DNA from: Eledone cirrhosa
Taxonomy: Eukaryota
Direction of reading: 5' to 3'
Length of the DNA stretch: 64,000 nucleotides
Assembly (NCBI GenBank): GCA_964016885.1
Contig: OZ024744.1
Coordinates: 84,754,001-84,818,000, forward strand
The notes beneath the pieces were generated by a model. The model ran no database searches, was not told the DNA's origin, and saw only the letters and a program-made list of their open reading frames with translations. Each line of letters begins with the position of its first letter. Within the stretch, counting starts at the first letter, position 1. Both the position numbers and the translations under genes were made by a program. This document shows, one piece after another, positions 39,201-54,440 of this stretch.

Positions 39201-42026
39201 TTGTCGTTACCGACAAGCAAAGCCTACAGTAGACGGATTAGCACTTTAGTTAAACAGCACTTGACAGGGGCCATTGTCAACAACAGATGGTGGTACTCTC
39301 TCAAGAGGGCAGTTAGATTAGACTCGTTAGTTTTTAGTAAAGAATTAGCGTTAGATAGAAATAGAACTGAGAAGGAACTGGTAGATAAAGTAGAAGTGGC
39401 AACCTAGCCTGCGTGCTAGCAACGAGAGCGGTCTTGGACCAGTTCTTCGACGCAAAGCACGAGGGCTGCGTTGTCAGAAGCAAAATACGTGCTCTGGGAA
39501 ACGAAGGAGCCAAAGCTGTTAGCTGGGCCCGAGTGACGGAGGCAAAAAGTGGTAACAAGTCCGCGATTCGGTCTTTGAAGGACCAAAACGGACGCGTGAT
39601 ACGTGAGCCGAAGCAGATGTGTGCGGCCTTTCAGCGGCACTTTGCTCAACTGTTCGGGCGGGGCGGCGCGCCGGGAGGGGCTATGGATTTCGGTCCATAC
39701 CTCGACGGCCTACCGCGACTCTCGGACAGCGAGGCAAAGTTCTGCGAAAAGCCGATTTCAGCCGCTGAGATAGGGGACGCGCTGGGCCTATGCGGCAAAC
39801 GCAAATATCCAGGTCTCGACGGTCTACCCTACGAATTTTACGTAGCAATGCCGGACTTATTCTCCGGTCTCCTGGAAGCGGTCTACTGCAACTGGCAACA
39901 GATCGGGAGAATTCCCTGTTCTGAGACCGGGGGCGTAGTCACACTAATCAGGAAGGGCGATAATAAGGGGGATGACATAGGCAACTTCCGGCCCATAACT
40001 CTGTTAAACACAGAGTTACAGATTTTGGCCAAGGTTTTGACAAAGAGGCTGGTGCTTGTCGTCGGGAACCTGGTGGGAGAAGCGTAGACATGCGCAATCC
40101 CGACCAGGTCCATACACGACAACCTCCACCTCATGCGATACACCATAGAGAGGGTAGGGTGTAAACCCGGCTTCGGTGGGGCCCTGATCAACTTGGATCA
40201 GTCTAAGGCTTTCGATAGGGTTGACCATCGTTACCTGGATGCGGTGCTCGAGGCGGCAGGCTTCGGACCCGTGTTCAGGGGCTGGATTGCTGCAATGCAC
40301 AACAGCAACATCTGCTCAAGGGTCAAGGTGAACGGCTACCTCTCGGATCCGTTCCATATTACGCGATCCATTCGACAAGGATGCCCTCTCTCCTCCCTTC
40401 TGTACGTACTGACTCTCGAGCCACTACTGCGGAAGTTGGAGCTATTGCAGGGCATCCCTCTGGAACCGGGACTGCGGAAAGCGGCGTCGGCCTACGCCGA
40501 CGACGTGACAGTAATGGTGTCGACCGCCTCGTAAATCGAGGAAGTCGGCACCATACTGAAGGAGTATGAAAGTTTCACAGGAGCGAAGCTGAATCGGGAC
40601 AAGTCCATCGGTTTGCAACTCGGATCGTGGAGAGGCAAACCGATGCCTTCCGATGGCGTCGTCGGACGCTGGACGGAAGGACCGGTAAAGCTGCTCGGGG
40701 TCTGGTTTGGTTCGGACCTCCAGGTGGAGAAGAACTGGAACGAAGTGACGGCCAAGGTCTTTGCCCTCACCCAGAAGTGGGCCGAGTGCAAACTATCCTT
40801 GAAAGGTCGAGCGGAGGTGGCGAACACTTTTATAGCGTCCGCCATCTACTACCGCTTGACCGTCGTGCCTTGTCCAGCCAAAACGCTCACCAAAATGGAG
40901 CGCGCGCTCTTCCGATTCCTTTCGGAAGAGGCGGGTTCCTTTCGTGAGAAGATCCATCTGCTGCCAACACCCTTCTAACGGAGGGCTGGGGATGCCGTGG
41001 CTGACGATGCGCAAACACGCGCTCAGGCTACGGCATCTCTACGTATTCCTCACCAGACAACCGGTGTGGACCCCGTTCGTGAGGCGAGCCTCCCACGACT
41101 CGTCTCGCTGACCGAACTGCAGTCCTGGGTCAAGAAAAGACTGAGGAAAATGGGCGACTGGCACATCGAATGTGCTCAGGCGCTCACAGCCCTCTGGCAG
41201 GCGGACCCGGCGATCAGTGGAGACTCCACTTCGTCATTCTATAGAGGGTTGGTCCGCAGCAAGTGCGACGACGCGCTCGGAGAAACTCTAGGCGTAGAGG
41301 AAGATGAACTGGCCAGTCTGTTCGGTAGGACCTTCCGCCCGAGACCGATGGACAACTTCCAAAAGTCCCTGGCCTGGCAGTGCTACCGAGGATCTCTACC
41401 AGTTCGAGACAAGCTCTACAGACATGGGCGCCCGGGCAGGGACCCTGCAAAAAAGATCTGTCCGAGGTGCATGCGAGACGAAGAAACCGTCGCGCACGCA
41501 TTCATACACTGCCCGGGCGTCACTGACCTGTGGGGCTATATAGAACGACTATTGTCGCGGGTGGGACCAATCCGGTTGACCACCGAGTCCATTGTCATGA
41601 TCAAACCGCCACCATCCTTCAAAAACGAAGGAGAGGCGGTTTTCCTTTGTGTGATAGCTATGGCGAAAGAGGTTGTATGGTGGACAAGATTGAAAGGGCT
41701 GAGGTCAGACACCTTTCTCTCCGGCCAACAACTGATTCTTTTTTTCAAATACCACTTTGGAAGAAGAATCAGGATGGAGAGAGAGGTGCTGTACCCAAGC
41801 AAGTTTTATGAAAGGTGGGTGAAAGTGGCGAGAATGGCCCGAGTGAATGGGCCTTCTCTCTATATCAGCCTGTCGGTTGAGGAAAAAGAGGAAGAGAGGG
41901 AAGGGGTACAAACTCTTCGTACTCCTGGAGATGAGGGTTGCACATTTTACACGTTTTTATTGTATGTAAACTTCCCCCTTTGTATTTGTCCCCTTCTTTT
42001 GTGCCCCTGTAGCTAATAAAGAAACA
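36279..42026 (+). mobile_element. Full-length but disrupted Tx1/L1-clade LINE, copy 3 (ORF1 ~36876 with CCHC knuckle; ORF2 from 38452 APE-RT)
   Basis: ORF1 CYHCFSRGHLRAPC. ORF2 NVRGL, E, GGVA, YAP, GDWN, LDR, SDH endonuclease motifs, then RT with stops and frameshifts. Ends AATAAAGAAAC+ATCT. Confidence 0.95.
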
Positions 42027-42154
42027 TATCTATCTACTATCTATCTACTATCAGAATTGCTGCTTTCTTTAAATGCAGAGAACGTTCTTGGAAAGGGGAG
42101 TGTGAAAGAACGGTCGAAAAGAAATCAATTTTCTGGCCAAAAGAAGAAAACGGA

Positions 42155-42660
42155 AACCCGCTTTCCTGTCACCACAGTGCCGGCCACCTTCCACGCCATG
42201 CTGCCCTTAACAAGGTCATAAAGTATGGTTTGGACGCTGCAGGCTTCCCTTCTCAGCTCGGGCCGGTGGGGCTGAACCGAGAGGACGGCAAAAGGCCAGA
42301 TGGCATGACCATCTTCCCGTTCCGCGGTGGCAAACCCCTCGTCTGGAATGCCACTAACACCGACACTTTCTGCAGCCGCAACCTGGTGCAGTCTGCGACT
42401 AACCCAGGTTATGCTGCACGTCGGGCTGAGGAGATCAAACTCTTCAAATACCGATCGTTTTCCGACAGGTTTGCGGTTGTACCCTTGGTATTGGAGACTT
42501 CTGGTGTCCTCGGCCCTAGGGCTACCTCCCTACTCACCACCATAGGCGCTGAGCTGGCCAGCCGCAGGTGTGAGCCCCGCGAGTTGGGGTGGCTTTTCCA
42601 GCGCGTCTCCCTTGCCGTCCTCCGGAGCTGTGGGGAGGCCACCAATATGATTGACTGATT
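42155..42660 (+). mobile_element. CRE-like non-LTR retrotransposon RLE fragment
   Basis: RHAALN...DGKRPDG.T..P...GKPLVW...AARRAEEIK..KY...VPLVLETSG..G...FQRVSLAV. Confidence 0.75.
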
Positions 42661-42671
42661 TGTCATTTTAT

Positions 42672-45058
42672 CAGTCAGATGTTTTCAGGACAGATATAGG
42701 GCACTCCTTATTTTTAAGGTTCCTTTATTCTAATCAAACAAAGGGTTTTCAAGAGAGACATTCCTTTACCTGCTCACAGACAGCTGGACCGCTCTGACGT
42801 CATACCAAATTTTGCCATGGCAACACAAACAAACAAAAACACCACCACCAACAACGAAGACAACAACAATAACAAGAACAACAAAAACAATAACTCCAGC
42901 ACAAGCGAAAACAACCAAACACACGGAAAAAGAAAACGTTTGCAGAAAGCCTTGCCAAAGAGACAGAGTTTATAGAAATAGATCTTTCAAACAAAGCGCA
43001 GCACCCAAAGGACGCTGTGCAACATATAACTTTCGAGCGTAACGGTTTTCGAATAAGTACCCCACCGGAAATTAGGGCCGCGACATTAAGAAAAACAATT
43101 TTCTTCCGGACTATCTGCTCACAAACCAAGAAACCTATGGCTTTAAGCAATAGCACGGTGGATACCGCACTAAGGGAGGCAATGACAGGCATTGCTTACC
43201 TCCAGAGGGCCAAGCAGTACGGGAGCATCTCGGTGCTCTTTAAAAGCGAGGTCCTGGCCCAGAAAAATTCTGTTGCTCCAATTAGAACGAGCCAACACAT
43301 CTTCCTAAGATACATGGGAAGAAGAACTCATAAAATAAGGATCTCCCAGATCCCACCGAACACCAACATTTAGTGGATCCTGGGAGGTTTTTTTAGAGGA
43401 GGGTGAAGACAATCTCCTTTCTGTAAAATCAATCCGACAAAACTGGAACGGCACCTCAATTGAGCTCTTGGTCCAAATGAAACTGGAGAGGATTGACAAA
43501 ATACCGGAAAGGGTGCCGGTGGATGACAACCATTTCGTCCACATCGCAGTGGAAGGCAAAAATCCCCAATGTTTCAAATGTGGAAAAAACACACATTTAA
43601 AAGCATTTTGCCCAATGCTGGATGTGGAAAAAACAAAAGAAACATTAAGCTGTCCAAAAATACACATGGTTGCCTATTCAGACCACAATTTAGTCACCTG
43701 CATAGTCAACCTTGATAGAATAAATAGACAGGAACCCGGATAATGGAAGCTAAACATGTCGCTCCCGGTGCGTAAGGCCTCCAATAAACGGATTAGCACC
43801 TTAGTTAAGAGTCAGTTGAAGAGGCCCATAGTTAACAACAGGTGGTGGAGCTCACTCAAGAGAACAATTAGAATAGAATCGATAGTATTTAGCAAGAAAG
43901 TAGCTTTAGAAAAAAAGAAAACTGAAAAGGAACTGGTAGCTAAAGTAGAAGAGGCACTTAGGAATGGCAGTACAGCTGACGTGCTAGCGGTGAGAACGGC
44001 ACTAGACCAGTTCTTCAACGTGAAACACGAAGGTTGTATTGTCAGAAGTAGAACACGTGCTCTAAGAAACGAGGGAGCCAAAGCTGTTAGCTGGGCCCGA
44101 GTGGCAGAGGCGAAAAGAGGCAACAAATCCACAATTCAAGACAAAGATGGATGCATTCTACTTGAATCCAAGCAGATGTGTACGGCCTTCCAGCAGCACT
44201 TTTCACAACTGTTCGGGCAAAGCTGTACGTCGAGCGAGATTATGGTCTTCAGTTCCTACCTCAACGGCCTACCACGATTCTCGAGCACGGATGCAGAGAG
44301 CTGCGAAAGGCCGATCACAGCGGGCGAAATAGAAGATGCCCTAGGCCGCTGTGGGAAACGCAAGTCACCGGGTTTAGATGGTCTACCTGATGAGATTTAC
44401 ATAGGCATGCTAGACTTGTTCTCTGACGTCCTCGAAGCGGTCTACTGTAACTGGCAGCAGAACGGGAGGATTCCCAGTTCTGTAGGCAGAGGCGTGAGAT
44501 AAGCAATTTGAAGCCCATAAGTCTGCTCAACACAGAGTTAAAGATTTTGGACAAGGTGTTAGCAACGAGGCTGGCGCTTGTTGTCAAGAACCTGGTAGGG
44601 GAAGCGCAAACGTGTGCAATCCCGACCAGGTCCAAACACGACAATCTCCACCTCATGCTATTGCATCATAGAGAGAGTAGGGTGTAAACCTGGCTTCGGT
44701 GGGGCTCTGATCAATATAGATCAATCTAAGGCATTTGATAGGGTCGAACATCAATACTTGGAAGCGGTTCTCAAGGCGGCCGGATTCGGTCCCGTCTTCA
44801 GAGGCCGGATCGCTGCCATGCACACCAACATCTGCTCGGCAGTCAAGGTGTATGGCTATCTATCGGAGCCATTCTAAATAATGCGTTCCATCCGTCGGGG
44901 ATGCTCTCTCTCCTCCATTCTGTATGTACTGACCTTCGAACCGGTGTGGCTGTCGTTTGTGAGACGAGCTCTCCCACAACTCGTCTCACTAACAGAGCTG
45001 CAGTCCTAGGTCAAGCGAAGACCGAAAATGGGCGCCTGGCACCTCGAGTGCCTTCGGG
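42672..45058 (+). mobile_element. Internally deleted Tx1/L1-clade LINE, copy 4 (divergent subfamily)
   Basis: ORF1 with CFKCGKNTHLKAFC joined directly to the SDH end of APE; partial RT (KSPGLDG, DQSKAFDRV). Confidence 0.85.
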
Positions 45059-46215
<1,157 letters not shown>

Positions 46216-46637
46216 GGAGAGGGAGTCTGCGGTGCTGAGACCGAGGAGAAAAGCCGATACCGTTTGGCACAGCGGTCGGGATTTTTCATCTCTCTCTCTC
46301 TCTATATATATATATGACCATCCCCACTGAAAGTTTTCGTGAAATATTCTTTTCAAGACTATACAGAGCATTTGAAGTTGTCCCAAATTGAAGGATGAGG
46401 ACTTTAGACTTTGTTTTATCATGAGTTAAGGCTCTATTGATTTTTCCCTGGATTTCACTTAATTCTGTTGGATAAATCTGTATCCTGATTCTTTTTGAAT
46501 TGAGTTTGAATTATTTTTCCCACATCCTACGTTAACTATTTTCCAATTTTGACGCTATAGTCACTTATATATTATGGAATACTGTTAGCTTCTCGCTACA
46601 ACAATTTCTATACTTTTCATTTATATATATATATATA

Positions 46638-46731
46638 ACGAAGGAAATGTGGTAAGGAACCAGGTGGACCATAACGCACCAAAGTACTCAATACTTAGGG
46701 TAGTAGAGTGGGTAATAGGAACGAGTTCCTA
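46638..46731 (-). mobile_element. Family A minimal fold-back copy
   Basis: Tail + ATAGGAAC-GA-GTTCCTAT hairpin in (TA)n. Confidence 0.7.
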
Positions 46732-46782
46732 TATATATATATATATATATATATAAATATATATATGTGTGTGTGTGTATAT

Positions 46783-48036
46783 ACTAGCAGCAGGACCCAG
46801 CATTGCAAGGGGTAGGAAACGTGAAATAGCAACACTCATATGCAAAGATTGAGGAATGTAGCTGTGTACTTTTTGAATTTCCTTATTCTGAGGGAATGAT
46901 TGAGGAGCGACGTAGTCAATTGTGTGTAAACCAAGTAGGGATGTACGTTTAAGTAGGGATATTGAGATGACGAAATCAGCGTGACAACGCAGCTGCACCA
47001 GAAGGTGGTCCTAGTGCAATTAGCACAAACAGTGGGCGGCACTGGTTGCACTGCGTTTAAACAGCAACAAAACTGCGACAAAAGGGGTCACCGCGGAATT
47101 AGCACAACCGCTGTTCGGCGTACTTGCGCAGAGCGTTCATACTGCAGTGTAGGTGCAACAAAATGGGTCTTAGTAGAAGTAGCACAGACGTGAGTTTTAC
47201 GGTCTCAATAACACGGCAACGTACACAGGGCCCGGATTTGCGCGTGATGAAAGTACGAAGCGTCAAAAGGGCGCCGACAAAAATTTTAAGGGCCTCCTCA
47301 TTGCCTCAATCCCCCGAAAATATTTCCTGCTTAAAAGTGAGTGAGTGTTGTGTCCTCTGTTAAAGAAACCAAATTTATTTTTGCCTAATGTGGGCCCTAA
47401 GGCAGAAAAAATTAAAAAATGTTTAGCCCTTCAAGAAATATAAGTAACGCATGTGTAAAGTTTGAAAAAAACCGGTCAGGTACTTCTCGTGTTTTAGGGA
47501 TCCACACAGACAGACATCCTCTGTTTTATATATAGAGAGACTAGCAGAAAACCACCCGGTGGGCGGTTTTCTGCTAGCAAATCTAGTGTATATACTGATA
47601 TTGTTGAGATTTGATGAGAAATGTTTTCGGCACCACATGTTCACCGTCTCTCGGTGTGTCTTTTATGCATGTATAAATATATATGTTATCTATACGGTGA
47701 AATCTTTGAAATAAATATATGTTAAAACGAAAAAGGAGAAAAAGAGATTAGTGACGGAAATATAAACGTTATGATATAACGATGGAAATATATAAACGTT
47801 TACGATAAAACGATGGAAATAGAAACGTTTATATATAATGATAAGCCGAAACACTCGTAAGCCGAAACACTCGTAAGTCGACACACTCGTAAAGCGAAAC
47901 GTATAAATAAAGATTAATGTAATGAATTTGAAAAGCATTGAGATTTGAAACCGCGTCTATTTGTTTCCTTGACATTTTTTACAGACGGACAGACAAACAA
48001 ACAAACAGAGAAATGCCCATTATATATTATAAGTAG
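46783..48036 (-). mobile_element. Two adjacent non-autonomous Helitron-like elements
   Basis: CTAG/hairpin 3' ends at ~46783 and ~47541; TC..TATA 5' ends with TGTC repeats at ~47538 and ~48036. Confidence 0.55.
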
Positions 48037-48300
48037 ACTTGGCATGGTGTCAAGTCAGAACCGCCTCGAACTGGTTACTTCTGGCTTGTGCAAGGTGTCT
48101 CTATAGCAACCAGCGATTCCCTCGGCCTCAGTGACCAAAGTCAGTGGAGAGGGGAAGGTAATGTTTCTATAGCGACAGTGTTTCTCTTGGTAGTACCAAA
48201 GTGGAGAAAGGAAGGGGAAGGTAATATTTCTGTAGCACCTACATTTGAGTTTTAGGGAAGGACAGACAGACAGACAAACAGAGAAATGCCCATATATTTC

Positions 48301-48389
<89 letters not shown>

Positions 48390-48659
48390 CACACACAGAA
48401 ATGTATATATATTTCTGTGTGTATATATATATATATATTACACACACAGAAATGTATATATATTTCTGTGTGCATATATATATATTTCTGTGTGTATATA
48501 TATATATATATTACACACACAGAAATGTATATATATTTCTTAGAACAAAATTATTATTAATGTTTTGCTGTTCATAACAATTGGAATTGAAAAATTACTT
48601 TTGAAATTATTAGTTATTTTACTAATGCTTAGATATGTAAAAATGAAGCAATGTTTCTA

Positions 48660-48850
48660 ATAATTGTTTCTACTTTTGGCACAAGGCCAGCAATTACCCA
48701 GTACATTACTGGTACTTTATTTTATCGACCCCGTGAGGATGAAAGCAAAGTTAATCTCGGCGGTATTTGAACTCAGACCGTAAAGGGACGTAACTCCATG
48801 CTATGAAGCATGGTGTCCGACTCTCTACAGATTCTGCCAATTCACCGCCC
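48660..48850 (-). mobile_element. tRNA-derived CORE-type SINE (octopus-like)
   Basis: A-box-like TGGCAGAATC, B-box GAGTTCAAATACC, CORE-like TTTCATCC..CGGGGTCGATAAAAT. Confidence 0.8.
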
Positions 48851-49137
48851 TAATGTCTGTACGTAATGAGGGAGTGAGAGGGGAGAGAAAGAAAGGCAGC
48901 GGTGAAGTGACGAAGTGACTCTCTCCTCCTCCTCCTCCTCCATCTCCCCATTCGTCACAGCGATAGAGGGAAGGAATGTTAGTGTGTTACAAAGAGAAAG
49001 AGTGAGAGTGAGAGAAACAGACAGACTAAAAGAGAGGGATAGCTGGAGAGAGAGAGATAGCAACCACGCGCACACGTGTTTCCACTGTCGGACAGACAGA
49101 CAGAGAAATTGCTGGTTATATATTATAAGGAGATATA

Positions 49138-49291
49138 TAGGAAAAGAGTCAGGACTCTGACGGCTGAGATCTGGCCGTTTAGACAGCGTTTCGGAGCTCA
49201 GCCGTCGGGGTCCTATTACCCACTCTACTACTCTAAGTATTGAGTATTCTGGTGCATTATGGTCCACCTAGTATCTTACCACACCTTATGT

Positions 49292-49293
<2 letters not shown>
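49138..49293 (+). mobile_element. Family A fold-back copy
   Basis: GACGGCTGAG...CTCAGCCGTC arms + shared tail, in (TA)n. Confidence 0.7.
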
Positions 49294-49346
<53 letters not shown>

Positions 49347-49407
49347 CATATATATAATACATATACATAATATATATACATAATACTATATATATTATAT
49401 ATATATA

Positions 49408-50252
49408 CGAGGTGTGTCAGAAAATTTCCAGGACTGATGTCACAAAAGATTTATTTCAAACCCAAACTTCACACTAAGAGTTTTCTCCTTCAAAGTAATC
49501 CCCCTGGAGTATGTAAATGTAATCTTAGCTCTCTGCAGCGATCAAACATTTTTCTTCATAATTTTATATACATGTCCTCTGTTTCAGGTCGTCAAGCAAT
49601 GAGCACAGAGCAACGAACAAACTTGAAGTTTCTGGTACGGTTGGGGAAACTCCGTCAGAAGCACTGGGATTGCTGCAGCAAGTGTATGGAGATGAGACGA
49701 TGTCACGCTCACGTGTTTTTGAAGGGTGCAAGAGGTTTAAAGAAGGACACGAGGACGTGGAATATGACCCCAGGAGCGGAAGGCCCTCAACAACCAGGAC
49801 TGAGGTCAACAACCAGACTGATGGCAAATGAGCTGGGCATGAATCGGGACAGCATCTGGAAGATTCTCACTGAAGATTTGGACATGCGGGAAGTCTGCGC
49901 GAAGATGGTGCCAAAACTGCTGAACGATGACCAGAAGGGTCGACGCATGCAAGTGTGCCAGAACATGCTCGAGCGTCTTGAAACCGAACCAGACTTGTTA
50001 TGGATCTTCGAGTACGACCCGGAGGGGATCCGTTTTGAAGACGTGGACGACATCAAAAAGGCCGTGACGACGGAACTGCGGAGGATCCCTGAAGAATCCT
50101 TCCAGGAGTGCATGCAAGCATGGCAGAAAAGGATGGAAAAGTGCATTAGACTCCAGGGGGATTACTTTGAAGGAGAAAACTCTTAGTGTGAAGTTTGGGT
50201 TTGAAATAAATCTTTTGTGACATCAGTCCTGGAACTTTTCTGACACACCTCG
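49408..50252 (+). mobile_element. Internally deleted mariner transposon with ~103-bp TIRs and TA target duplication
   Basis: EQRTNLKFLVRLGK HTH, VCAKMVPKLL, WIFEYDPE fused to RFEDVDDIK...GDYFEG. TIRs 49408-49510 and 50150-50252. Confidence 0.9.
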
Positions 50253-50260
50253 TATATAAT

Positions 50261-51283
<1,023 letters not shown>

Positions 51284-52069
51284 ACTATATAAATCACACT
51301 GAATCGATACAAAGCTGACACAAATTAATATTATATATGTTATCGATATCAAACTGACACAAAACTACGCTTTAGCAGAGATGTAAGAAAAGACATTTCT
51401 TTTATTTTTACCTCTAACGATAGTTGATAAGCTCACTCTGCGTTCTTACAGTTAGGTCTTACAATGGGCTTGAAATACCATTCCATAAGGGCATTGCTTT
51501 TGACCCCAAATTTGACAATTGATAATTGAAAGTTGTTTTTTTATAGATACGACGTATATTATTCTTGTCACTGATGCTGGAGTTGGCTTCCTTTTGTTAA
51601 TGGTAGTGGCAGTGATTGCTGGTGAGATGTTGATGTATACACATTTGTGTTTTTGTTGTTAATGTCACAGTTGTTGTCGTTGCCTTCCTCTTGTTAATGG
51701 TGGTGGAGATGAAACTACTACCAGGTCGGACTGCCAGGCAGTAGGCTGAGGCTCGAGTGCCTTCTTTTACTGAAGATGCGGGGTCGATGTTATTATCCTG
51801 TTGATGTCGCCTTCTTGGGCGGAGATGCGGGTCAGTGGCTTTCGGCATCATTTGGCAACACAACGGTATATTCTCTATTTTTTCTTCTTTTTTTTTGGGG
51901 GGGGGGGGGGGTCTTTTCTTTTTCTCTGTCTAATCCGATTCAAATTATTTGGCAGTGAATTGGTGGTCGGTTTTGTTTTGTAATGTTTTATGTTTCCATT
52001 TGTTTATATTTATTTCTCTCGCTCTTCTCGTATGTTTCGGTGCGTTAAATTTGTGAGGTTCCTAGCAGT

Positions 52070-52217
52070 TCGGCGGGATTTGAACTCAGAACGGCCCTTG
52101 CCATTCTGAGTTCAAATCCCGCCGAGATTAACTTTGCCTTTCATCCTTACGGGGTCGATAAAATAAATAATACACTGGGTATTTGCTGGCCTTGTGCCAA
52201 AAGTAGAAACAATTATT
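52070..52217 (+). mobile_element. 5'-truncated SINE with an inverted duplicated 5' end
   Basis: TCGGCGGGATTTGAACTCAGAA...TTCTGAGTTCAAATCCCGCCGA hairpin, then the SINE body matching 48660-48780. Confidence 0.8.
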
Positions 52218-53305
52218 TGAGGTTATATTTCTATTCTAGGATGTATTCCATCATAACAGCACATACTGCTTCCCAGCTTCATGGATTAAACTGTGAGTTA
52301 ATGCCGCGAATGTTTGACTATTGGGTAATCAGATAATCCAAGCGTAAAATCATCAATGTTGATATGGATAGAGTCTAGTGGATTTGAGAATGTGTTAGAA
52401 GTGATGAAGCAGCGTGGTAAATGTTTAAGATAAAAATTCATTAATTCAAGAGGGTTGGTATCTGATGCAGGCAAATTTCCTCCATTGATATCAGGATCAA
52501 CATCTTTATAGGCTTCGCGTGTTGAGTTAGGTATGGCGAACTATAATGTTTAATAATTCGCGACTAGTATAACAGCTCTGTACGGCTCTCATTCAATGGG
52601 ATGAAAAAGTCTGTAAATGGGTATGCTTGCTCCAAGGAATGGCATAATATTAGCATACCACATACATATACACACATACATGTATGCCCACGTACATATG
52701 TGTGTTCGTATGTCAAATACACATATATATGTGTGCATATCCGTGTAGGGAGCAACACGTGTTGGTTTGTTTTTAATTTTTATTTCTTCTCACTTTCTAA
52801 TCCGATTCCAAAAATTATTTCGCAGTGAATTGATGTTTTTTTTTTGGTGTTGTCCCTCTTCCTTTTATTTTGTTTCTTTCTCTCGCTCTTCGTGTATATT
52901 TTGGTGCGTTATATTTGTGAAGTTCCTATCAATGGTTAATAGCATTTATTATCTGTGGTTATGTTTCCATTCTAGGATGTATTCCATCATAGCAGCACAT
53001 TCTGATTCCAGGAATGTTGTATTAGACAGTGAATTGATGCAGCGACTGTTTGGAACGCAAAAGTATTTGAGTAATGGGTAATCCAAGCGTAAGATCATCA
53101 ATGTACAGTAAACAAATCTTAAATAGAGCTTGGAGCAGATATTACGTTAAGAGAACATTCAGACAGAGTTGATGTGGAAAAGTTGAAAATGTTTACCTCG
53201 CTGGGTGTTGTATATAAAAGTTGAGATTTGATGAAATAAATCACTGCCAATACAGGAATTGAAATATCAAGACTGTAGAGGTATGTCATATATCAAATCA
53301 TATAT

Positions 53306-53365
53306 TTTATCTGACGAGGACGTACTGAAAAAACAACACAGTACCTTCGAAATATATATAATAAA
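53306..53365 (+). ncRNA. Type I HHR
   Basis: TTTAT-CTGACGA-GGAC-GTACTG...CAGTAC-CTTC-GAAA-TATATA-TA-ATAAA. Confidence 0.75.
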
Positions 53366-53489
53366 GCATATATTTTTATTATGTGAATATCTTCATTTGT
53401 TAATATTTTGAATAATATATACATATATTTTTTTAAAATTTTAAAAAAAAAATTTTTTTTTAAATTTTTTTTTTTTATTTTTTTTTAAA

Positions 53490-54175
53490 TTTTCTTATTT
53501 TACGTCTTTTATATTATTGTTCTGCATCCTCCTGCATTGAACCACCTAGGTACTATGACATAACCTGTGTATTTGCTGGCATTAGCGTACATCTGTGCGC
53601 TTATGTTAGTAGATATATTAAATTATCTATATTTATTTCCAAATCACTGATTTGTCGAGCAAACCTGCCAAAACCACTACTAAATTTTTTGGGGGGTGTT
53701 AGTAGGCGTCTGTCATCTTACCATCCCATTCCTACCGACTAGCCTCAGTGTCACGTGATTGATTCTTTAGAATCGGCCATTTGACCAGTGGCAGCGAGAA
53801 TGTTCAGTGCTTGGAATCCAGTCCCCGATAGCTGTTCCATTTACCGAATTATTATTATTTTTATATGAGTCCCCAGTGTCCGCGCATTGCCTGGAGACTT
53901 GGCTGAGAATAGACCTCCCTGATGACGCAATGAAATTCTCAACAGCTCATTACGTAACTGTCTTTATCCCATTGCAGAAACTAATTAGTTGGAGTGAAAA
54001 TTTAAGTAAGTTATTTTTTATTTTTTTATTTTTTTTATTTTCTTATTTTACGTCTTTTATATTATTGTTCTGCATCCTCCTGCATTGAACCACCTAGGTA
54101 CTATGACATAACCTGTGTATTTGCTGGCATTAGCGTACATCTGTGCGGTTATGTTAGTAGATATATTAAATCATC

Positions 54176-54180
<5 letters not shown>
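53490..54180 (+). mobile_element. Retrozyme-like partial tandem unit (period ~548 bp) with HHR at 53915-53994
   Basis: ~140-bp near-identical direct repeats at 53493 and 54041. CTCC-CTGATGA-C-GCAATG...CATTGC-A-GAAAC-TAATTA-GTT-GGAG. Confidence 0.7.
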
Positions 54181-54210
<30 letters not shown>

Positions 54211-54369
54211 ATGTATATATATATATATATATATATTGTTATACTTTGGGAGGGTCATGTTGCCAATAAGAAACACACGCACCAGTTGCTTTCACTCCAA
54301 TTTATTATAAATTAAATTATAAATTTAAGAGTGAGAAATGAAATTTCGTTTCATTTTTCCGTTTATATA

Positions 54370-54407
<38 letters not shown>

Positions 54408-54440
54408 GGGTTTTCGCGGAATTAAAATTCTATATAATGT

